38,729 bases of DNA. It comes from a virus (taxonomy: Duplodnaviria > Caudoviricetes). A model generated the notes under the pieces. That model was not told the DNA's origin and did not search any database. It was given only the letters and a program-made list of their open reading frames with translations. The position numbers and the translations under genes were made by a program. Location of the stretch: positions 1 through 38,729 of IMG/VR virus record IMGVR_UViG_3300029825_000438. The stretch is one strand, 5' to 3'. Shown here piece after piece: positions 8,491 to 16,124 of the stretch (its first letter is position 1; each line of letters opens with the position of its first letter).

Positions 8491-8552
8491 TAGAAATACA
8501 GTTGATGTATTTCTATATAAGGGTAGTTGCCAATAGTATATAAACTTTGTGG
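8491..8552 (-). promoter_or_regulatory. Consensus archaeal BRE-TATA promoter with inverted repeat at the predicted TSS
   Basis: ACAAAG-TTTATATA (TATA at 8537-8544); perfect 10-bp inverted repeat TAGAAATACA-N5-TGTATTTCTA at 8491-8515. Confidence 0.75.
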
Positions 8553-8806
8553 TCATAAGTTAGGAGCACCTAAAACTACAACTTTTGAAAACCCAATGCT
8601 CAAAATCCCCTGGAAACCCCTGAGAATGCTCCTTTTAACCACTTTTTAGTCTTATTTTTTGCCTAAAAAATATGAGCAAATGCAGCCTTCTCCAGGCAGT
8701 AACCCAGAAACTGGCAGCCATGGCGGTTGCTATAATTGCTTTTCTACCTATATCTCCCCTTAGAATGCCTGGTTTCTCCTTTCAGCCTTCCAGCATCAGC
8801 TAAACG

Positions 8807-8845
8807 GTAATACTTTTTTCAAAGGCAGTAACTAAAAAGTATTAC
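8807..8845. repeat. 12-bp inverted repeat GTAATACTTTTT-N15-AAAAAGTATTAC
   Basis: Directly visible; same half-site as 6932-6954. Confidence 0.8.
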
Positions 8846-8987
8846 TCAATAGAGCACTCCAAAGCAGTATCAGAGGAAACAAGACAACCATCATGGAGCT
8901 ATAAGGCTGAAAAACTGCATTTATGGATTTCATAAAAAACTATAAAAACCCTGAAAACATATAGCTAAAACTAGTTATTTTTAAATA

Positions 8988-9140
8988 TCAAACCTCGTTC
9001 ACGATTCCGTCTACACAGTGTGGGCATGGTCGGGTTTGTTCGTAGAGTTCACTGTCGTGTAAACGTTTAAATCTACGTATCCTGATGGGTAAGAACCCCG
9101 ACCCCTTACAATAGGTGCAGATGTGAGCATTGCTTGACAT
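8988..9140 (-). CDS. Small DnaJ-type zinc-finger protein (50 aa)
   Basis: CTYCKGSG...CPHCVDG; not in ORF track. Confidence 0.65.
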   Translation of the reverse strand: MSSNAHICTYCKGSGFLPIRIRRFKRLHDSELYEQTRPCPHCVDGIVNEV

Positions 9141-9197
9141 AATGTATCTTTACAAATCAAAACCGTTACGATTTGTCACAGGTTGAAAAAAAGAAGT

Positions 9198-10082
9198 TTA
9201 TTTACTTATTACAATAACAGAAGCCACATTAACCTTCCGTATCTTTTCCCTTAACTCATTGGTGGTTGTTAACCGGAACCCCTGCTTACTAGGATCTCCT
9301 AGTTCTACATCTCCCGTGTCCAGATTAATCCCTGCTAACAACACGTAGTGCTCACCCCCTTTGGTGAGCCAGCTTTCTACCCTGAGTATCACCAGATAAC
9401 CACGTTTAAGATAGTTCCTGAGTGTTTCCCAGTCCTTGAATGTCTCGTTTTTACTTGTGAATTTCGTACCGTACGCACTATTAACAGCTTTAACTGCCGC
9501 TATCATGTTCTCAATAGTAGTACCGTTATCTTTTGTTGAGCCTGCTTTTATTCTTAGCCAGTCTTCGCTTATATTTAACCCGTAGACGCTGAACGCCATT
9601 CGCAGGCTTGAAGGACCACAAGTATAACTGGTATCCTGACTGTCACGTGTGTAAATAATCCTTGCCCAGCCCGTAGTACTAATATTAGTTCCTGTACTGT
9701 TATAATAAGCCAAAGCTGTTAAGGTAACGATTCCCAGGATTTTGTCCTGTTTCAAACCCTTAAGACTTTGTAATTTCAATATAACCTTATCTGTGACGGG
9801 TCCATCAACACCATCCACAGCTAGATTAACACCAATGGCAAGCTTACTAATCCCTTTACGGTTTAAATCTTCTTGTATAACCTTTTTTATCTGTTTTTGT
9901 GTCTGAGGCCCTGTTTTACCATCATCAACTATTTTCTGGATTTTCTGAAAGGACTTCCGGACCTTCTGTGTCTGCGGACCATCCACGTTGTCTTCAGCTA
10001 TATTATATCCCCAAACGGCTTTGCTGTAGCCGTAGAGATTATAGAATACTTGTTCAAATTTCGTATTAATCCGTATAGGCAT
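9198..10082 (-). CDS. Endolysin: cell-wall-binding repeats plus C39-family cysteine peptidase (probable pseudomurein endopeptidase)
   Basis: Repeated DGxxGPxT motifs; Q-x5-CGP...HYVLL...GDP catalytic pattern. Confidence 0.8.
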   Translation of the reverse strand: MPIRINTKFEQVFYNLYGYSKAVWGYNIAEDNVDGPQTQKVRKSFQKIQKIVDDGKTGPQTQKQIKKVIQEDLNRKGISKLAIGVNLAVDGVDGPVTDKVILKLQSLKGLKQDKILGIVTLTALAYYNSTGTNISTTGWARIIYTRDSQDTSYTCGPSSLRMAFSVYGLNISEDWLRIKAGSTKDNGTTIENMIAAVKAVNSAYGTKFTSKNETFKDWETLRNYLKRGYLVILRVESWLTKGGEHYVLLAGINLDTGDVELGDPSKQGFRLTTTNELREKIRKVNVASVIVISK

Positions 10083-10271
10083 TTTCTAATCACTCCATTT
10101 TTCCTTCTTTAAATATTAAAAATAAGCTTAATACAGGCCGGCGCCTGTGCCGTTGTATATTACTACTTTTGTCATGTTTTCTTATCTCCAAAAGCCTTGT
10201 TGATTGATAAAACAAGGAATTTTAAATATAATTCAAAAAAAATCAGAATTTAGAGGATAATAATGCCTATT

Positions 10272-12182
10272 TTAAGGTATTGGTGGTGTTGTTACCTTGA
10301 AATTGTAATTGCACTCTGTTACACTTCCTGCAACCCCTATCTGTATTTTATTGATATGTTCGCTGACTTTTCTAACTCCGGTAGTTATACACATCCTTAC
10401 TGAACCTGTTGTGTAATCTCTAATGGTAACATGGGCTTGAACTCCCTGTGTACCCCCATTATTATTGAGAACAGTAATATCAAAGAGGATGATTACTGGA
10501 TTTGTAGCAACACCCCCAGCCGATAAAGAGATATTAGTACTATTATCATTACTCAAGGCCGTTACTACCCCCTCACTTACACTTAACCTTTCATTATCAT
10601 AATTAGTACCAATATCACCGTTTAATTGGATATATAACTGCGGAGTACCAGTCGCAGCAATAACATAATACCTCCCCTGCACTTTATAGACTTTCTGAGA
10701 ACTCCCATCAAGATCTGAAATAGTCGCTTTATTTACAGTTCCCGAACCGTTAAAAATAATTGATTCAGATAATTTATTACTAACAATCCCCGGTGCAAGA
10801 GCATTTATTCGGGTGTCTGCTATTCCGGGGCATAACGAATTAATCCTACCATCCGCCACTCCAGGTATGCTCTCAGATACATCCGAGATTTCCCCGAATA
10901 TCTGGCTTAAGGTGTAACTGTCTATGCCTGCGGGGCGGTTTATGTCACGCCTGCTTGCGGTTGTCCGGGTAAGTATATTCCCTATTTTAATATCAGATTG
11001 CCCAGGATTACGTGGGTTCTTTTTTGTTTCCTCAATCCTAGCACTCACTACGCCACCGGTACGTGTCCTGATATAGACCGTATCACCCACGTTATAGGGT
11101 ACATCAGATCCAGGTAGTCCCGGTATGGTGATGATTTTTGTCTCTGTTCCGATGACAACGTCTTTTTTATCCATTAGTTTCAATGCGCAGGCGTTGTATA
11201 TCATATACTTATCAGTTTCGCTTGTTTCAACTATGCCAACTTTACGTCCATGGGTTATACTGGCTTCTTTCCTGTATATTTTATCATAGTTTGCGTTGAT
11301 TTGTTCGGGGGCTAGGTAAACTTCCCAGGAGCCAGCGTCCTTTTTGTATGGTGCATTCCAGTATGTAGTGCTTACTATAGTGCCTTGGCTGTCTTTTTCA
11401 TAATACATAGGGATACTTTGTCCTACGTTCACGGCGAGGGATTTGTACTGACTCATCACATCCGCGATTTTAGGCATGTCAACGCTGCCGGTGCTTTCCT
11501 GTTCGCTGATTTGTGGTGCTACGGCGTTGAATGTGTCGCTTTCATTCGTGTTTTCGGTGATGTTTTCAATATTCTCACCTACTTCAAGTGGTATAGTGTG
11601 TACTGTTCCAGGGTTTTGTAGTAGGTCAAGATAACGATGAATTATATTGCTGTTTGGGTCTTTCTCATACCGAGTTACAAATGTATTCCCTGTTTCTTCT
11701 TCAATAAATCGGAGCAGTTTCATCCGGTTCACGGTACCCTGCCAGAGAATTGATGACTTTAAAATAGCAGATTCCACAGTTCCAATTGTAAAATAATCAC
11801 CAAACCAGTTAGTCAAGTTAGCACCATTGACAGTCTGTGTTATCGTTGTTGATTTCTCCATGACACCTGCATCGTTGAGCTCTACAAGGACCTCCTCTGC
11901 AGTTATGGTTAATGTGTTAGTGTATTGATCTTTATCGAGATCATCATTGAGGATGTATAAACATGCTTTTTGGTCTTCAGTCTCATTACGCCAAATCTTA
12001 TTACCTTGTATGAGTATTTCTTCATAGTTTTGACTATCATCACCCATGGGATGTTCAATTACCAGTTCCCTTAAACCCCCATACTTGTTTATCTCAGTGA
12101 TATCAGTTACGTCCGGGTCGAGGAAGCCTGCGTATTTCTCATCACCCGTTAGGACTAGTATTTCAAGTGAATGATCAGCCAT
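10272..12182 (-). CDS. Baseplate hub / tail spike (Tal-like) protein
   Basis: Follows the Dit gene; VGENI and YNVGDTVYI..ARI hub motifs; beta-rich C-terminus. Confidence 0.7.
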   Translation of the reverse strand: MADHSLEILVLTGDEKYAGFLDPDVTDITEINKYGGLRELVIEHPMGDDSQNYEEILIQGNKIWRNETEDQKACLYILNDDLDKDQYTNTLTITAEEVLVELNDAGVMEKSTTITQTVNGANLTNWFGDYFTIGTVESAILKSSILWQGTVNRMKLLRFIEEETGNTFVTRYEKDPNSNIIHRYLDLLQNPGTVHTIPLEVGENIENITENTNESDTFNAVAPQISEQESTGSVDMPKIADVMSQYKSLAVNVGQSIPMYYEKDSQGTIVSTTYWNAPYKKDAGSWEVYLAPEQINANYDKIYRKEASITHGRKVGIVETSETDKYMIYNACALKLMDKKDVVIGTETKIITIPGLPGSDVPYNVGDTVYIRTRTGGVVSARIEETKKNPRNPGQSDIKIGNILTRTTASRRDINRPAGIDSYTLSQIFGEISDVSESIPGVADGRINSLCPGIADTRINALAPGIVSNKLSESIIFNGSGTVNKATISDLDGSSQKVYKVQGRYYVIAATGTPQLYIQLNGDIGTNYDNERLSVSEGVVTALSNDNSTNISLSAGGVATNPVIILFDITVLNNNGGTQGVQAHVTIRDYTTGSVRMCITTGVRKVSEHINKIQIGVAGSVTECNYNFKVTTPPIP

Positions 12183-12184
12183 AC

Positions 12185-15100
12185 TTAGTAGGCCTCCTCA
12201 AATTCCACTTTTTGAATTGTTACCCCTGTACTACCGCTGAAGTCATAATTGCTCTTCTCAAGTATAGTGATGAGGTAACTGTCAAAGCTTACACTACTCA
12301 TCCAGTCCGTTCCATCCTGGTCGAGGATTGTCCTGTTCTGTATGTCGATTGTTAGGACTGTTCCAGCTATGAATTGGTGCTCTATTTTCATGTATTGGGC
12401 GGTGTAGAACTCTGTGATAAAAATTTCACTTGATCCATCACAAAGCACTGTTAAAACCGGTTTAATCGGTGTGATACCGTTATTCCGTCCAGTACTACCG
12501 GTTGGGTCTTTCGGTAGCCGTGCTGTACCGGAGGGTAATAAGAATTTAGCAGTGCAGTACCAAACAGCACCTTTGCTTTTATCGACTTTGATACTATCTG
12601 CTAGTATAACATCATAGATCCTGTTATCACCATCGAAACAAAGTTCCTTGGTAACTGGTTTTTTACCGCCATCCCTGGTGGGTGTGAGCCATGTTGTAGC
12701 TTCTTTGATTTTTCCCAGTATCTCACTGTCTGTATCACCTATCAACTGGAATTTAAGGCTTATTTCTTTCCCAGTGACGGTCATCACTCCTACTTTATCA
12801 CCATCACTCATAGCGAGTTTGCTCGTCTGTAAATCAATATTTAATCCTTCTGGCCTGTCTTCTTCAGGACTGGTGAATATACTGTATTCTCGGCTGTGTA
12901 TTCCGTCAACGGTGAAGCCAGGGTTCCCACCTGTTTCATCGAACATGTAATGGATGGTGATTGCTATGTTCCGTAGTCTAACAATGACATTAAATACACT
13001 CACTGCGATGGGAGATAAAATGAACGTTAAATCACTGAGCGATATCTTGTTTAGTCCCCATTTGTCACGTTCTCCGCCGATTTTGAAGTCTGTACTACTT
13101 GCTGTGACAGGTATTGACTGAGATACACTCTCTGCCCCATGGCGTAGGGTTGCCATTATACTGATATCATTACTGACCTCAAGGTCCCCACTGATTTCAA
13201 TCCCCTTGATGATGACTTCACTGTCCTCTTCAAGGCCTCCGAAAAGGAGTTCGGGGAATAACACACCATCCTTGCGACCAGGTATTAACGTGGTTTCTGC
13301 ATAATCACCATCACCTAATAAAAGGTTTGGGTTGTTGAATAGCATAGCTGGAAGCTCATAGTCTATTCGGTGGGCTATATTTTCTAATGGATTCTTCTCG
13401 TAGGCTTTGATTTGGTCTATGTATATGTCTACAGTGTTAGGAGTGCTTATTTGCCAGATTTCGATATCATAGAATGCCGTTTCTGGTTTTGTGGGCAGAT
13501 AATCTATAAGGATGTACTGGGGGGTTTCTGACGCGGTTACCGTCACTGTCTTTGAGTCTGCGGTGGTTGTCCCTACTGCGTCTCTGCCGGTGATTTGTAT
13601 TTCGAATGTTCCGCTGCCTGTGATTTTTAGGAGGGTTGTTCTGTTTTCTCCTGCAATAACGGGGATTTTATCAGCTAAATTCATTAAGAAGTATACTGCT
13701 TCTGTTATATTTGAGCCGGGCATGGTTATATGCCAACTTCTCTCTCCTTCACCAGCCCACTCAGTACTTGATTCTACAATTGCACCACCGTAATTAGCCG
13801 CTCCACTTATGTCTTCTGTAGTATCTGAACCGGTACTCACATTCTCCCTATTTGTTGTTCCTTCTAAGAGATTAGGATTATCTTCTAATTGTGGTTCATG
13901 GTATATGGCGTACCCTCCAAACTCAACACTGGCGTTTTGAGGGTTTATCTCAAGCCATTGGCCGTATTCTCTTAGTTTGATGGGTGCGTCTGCGTTATAG
14001 ATGAAAGTAGTGCTTATCCGTGTCACTGTGTTTAATGCGGTGGGTTTATCGCTCAGATACTCATTTACACCATTTATTATGCTGAATGCGAAGTTTTTAT
14101 CCCCGGGATAGACATATTCAAGTGCGGTGTCGGTTACTATGCCCCAACAACTGATTGTGTAGATTTCCCCATCCTGGAGGTATGCGAGTATTTCATCTGG
14201 CAGATCCTTCTCAGTATGGTATGGAACGGTTAGATTAGCAGGTAGGACTTCAATGGTTTTTGTGAAACTAGCCCCACCACACGTAATAACTTGAGATATT
14301 ACACCCACGGTAATCCCCTTCACTGTGAAGGTAAGGGTTGCGGTTCTATTAATAAATTCAGCCGTCCAAACACCCGTTCCACTATTATATGATCCATTAC
14401 CACTACTAGACACATACTGGACACCGGCAGGGATGGGAATATTAACCCCAACAGAGGATACCGCACTAGTATTCACACCAACAGTGATAGTGTAGGTCAC
14501 ATTATATGTCTCAGTGACAATCTCTTGTACCCGTGGGCTTGTTAAGGTATAGGTTGGTGCTAGTATAGTGGTGGATTTGCTTAACGTGGTAGAGAAACCA
14601 TCCACCGATGCGGTGATTGTCTTACTGCCTGATGCGCTTGTATTTAATACCAGGGTGAGGGTTGCTTTCTTTTGACTATTAAGTACAGCGTTCCATTTAC
14701 CCGTCCCGGTGTTGTAAGTTCCATCACCAGATTGGCTTGCTACGCTTAAACCGGCAGGTATGCTAATACTTACTGGTATATCCACGCCTTGATGACAATT
14801 ATTTGTATTCTGCAGTGTCAATACATAGGTTACCTGTTCACCTATGATTTTACCGGATGTTAGTGTCGCTGCTAGCGCGTAAGTGGGGTCAGTGTAATCC
14901 ACTACGAGTCGTAGAAAATCAAGGTACACCTTACCGGGATTCACGCTCGTATTAGCATCTAAATTCAAATATACCCCAAAATTAGGGTCCTCAATATTCG
15001 ACCGTCGGACATCTGGCATATCCGCCGTTGTAAATGTTAGTGTGCGGACGGTTCGGTTGGTAGGAACTCCAATAACACTCTCTTTGGCAACGTGATCACC

Positions 15101-15907
15101 ATCATTCGCTTTCAATAGTATGATTTCTTTCCCAGGTATCTGGGGCGTATTGGATGTTCCCCCACTGTTGTTTCGGAGGTATTCCTCCCATTCCACGTGT
15201 ACCTTGTTTATTTTAGCGTTATCTTTGAGGTCAAAGTCAAAATCAGTAGCGTAAATACCGTTGGGATTGCTTGTTGTAGTACCTGATTTGTAATAGACGG
15301 TTACGCGGACAAAATAAACACCAGCATTGGTATTATTGGTTCTGCAGCGAATGTTTAACCCTAAACCAGTACTATTACTCCTAGCAGCGGGTAAACCCCA
15401 ATCATCATTACTATACTCAAAAGTCAAAGTAGCCTTACTGTTGGGCATGGTTTTCTGGATAGGACTACACACTGACCCGGAGGTGGTTACCAGGCGGACC
15501 TCCATAGTCTTGCCACTTCCTTGGCCACTACATACCGCCTCAACTTTCACCTTGTAAACTTCATTAGCACCACCATTCGCCGCGGTGGTGGGTATGCTGA
15601 AGCTCATGCCACGTAGTTGAAGATATCGGCTCCATTCACCACCACCCGCATAAACATCAGCATAATAATATATACTACCATCCGCCGCCGCCCCGGGATC
15701 AAACCAATTCGCACCACTACCACTGGTTGATGCAGATGTGGGGTCATCCTGGCTACTACCAGTGAATGTCCCTCCACCCTGGACGGTGCATTGTGCGTCG
15801 GTATCATCCGCTGCCTTGATATTATTGAGGCTGCTCCAGTTCACCTCACCCGCGACGAGGCTAGAATCGTTCACGACGATTGTGGGGTACTTAGTTACTG
15901 TTGTCAC
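12185..15907 (-). CDS. Distal tail protein fused to adhesin modules (DUF11 Ig-like x2, CBM-like)
   Basis: GEQVTYVLTLQN...IPAGL...GTYNTGTGKW occurs twice; C-terminal FTVDGIHS...PVLTV Dit-like region. Confidence 0.7.
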   Translation of the reverse strand: MTTVTKYPTIVVNDSSLVAGEVNWSSLNNIKAADDTDAQCTVQGGGTFTGSSQDDPTSASTSGSGANWFDPGAAADGSIYYYADVYAGGGEWSRYLQLRGMSFSIPTTAANGGANEVYKVKVEAVCSGQGSGKTMEVRLVTTSGSVCSPIQKTMPNSKATLTFEYSNDDWGLPAARSNSTGLGLNIRCRTNNTNAGVYFVRVTVYYKSGTTTSNPNGIYATDFDFDLKDNAKINKVHVEWEEYLRNNSGGTSNTPQIPGKEIILLKANDGDHVAKESVIGVPTNRTVRTLTFTTADMPDVRRSNIEDPNFGVYLNLDANTSVNPGKVYLDFLRLVVDYTDPTYALAATLTSGKIIGEQVTYVLTLQNTNNCHQGVDIPVSISIPAGLSVASQSGDGTYNTGTGKWNAVLNSQKKATLTLVLNTSASGSKTITASVDGFSTTLSKSTTILAPTYTLTSPRVQEIVTETYNVTYTITVGVNTSAVSSVGVNIPIPAGVQYVSSSGNGSYNSGTGVWTAEFINRTATLTFTVKGITVGVISQVITCGGASFTKTIEVLPANLTVPYHTEKDLPDEILAYLQDGEIYTISCWGIVTDTALEYVYPGDKNFAFSIINGVNEYLSDKPTALNTVTRISTTFIYNADAPIKLREYGQWLEINPQNASVEFGGYAIYHEPQLEDNPNLLEGTTNRENVSTGSDTTEDISGAANYGGAIVESSTEWAGEGERSWHITMPGSNITEAVYFLMNLADKIPVIAGENRTTLLKITGSGTFEIQITGRDAVGTTTADSKTVTVTASETPQYILIDYLPTKPETAFYDIEIWQISTPNTVDIYIDQIKAYEKNPLENIAHRIDYELPAMLFNNPNLLLGDGDYAETTLIPGRKDGVLFPELLFGGLEEDSEVIIKGIEISGDLEVSNDISIMATLRHGAESVSQSIPVTASSTDFKIGGERDKWGLNKISLSDLTFILSPIAVSVFNVIVRLRNIAITIHYMFDETGGNPGFTVDGIHSREYSIFTSPEEDRPEGLNIDLQTSKLAMSDGDKVGVMTVTGKEISLKFQLIGDTDSEILGKIKEATTWLTPTRDGGKKPVTKELCFDGDNRIYDVILADSIKVDKSKGAVWYCTAKFLLPSGTARLPKDPTGSTGRNNGITPIKPVLTVLCDGSSEIFITEFYTAQYMKIEHQFIAGTVLTIDIQNRTILDQDGTDWMSSVSFDSYLITILEKSNYDFSGSTGVTIQKVEFEEAY

Positions 15908-15923
15908 TGATATTCATCTCCCT

Positions 15924-16106
15924 TTAGGCCTGGTAATCTACTTTCATAAAAGCAATGTTTTTACCGTCGATCTCGCGAGTAGTACCTGCACTAACAGTAC
16001 TATGATTTCCGGTGAAACCTGATAAGTCCGTTAATTCTCCTAGCAATGTTCCGATTAAATTTCCAGTTATACTCCACTCCGTGGGGTTGTTTGTAAAAGA
16101 TTCCAT
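15924..16106 (-). CDS. Small hypothetical protein in tail operon
   Basis: AGGTGA SD; fills the gap between tape measure and Dit. Confidence 0.65.
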   Translation of the reverse strand: MESFTNNPTEWSITGNLIGTLLGELTDLSGFTGNHSTVSAGTTREIDGKNIAFMKVDYQA

Positions 16107-16124
16107 AATATAATCACCTTTTTT

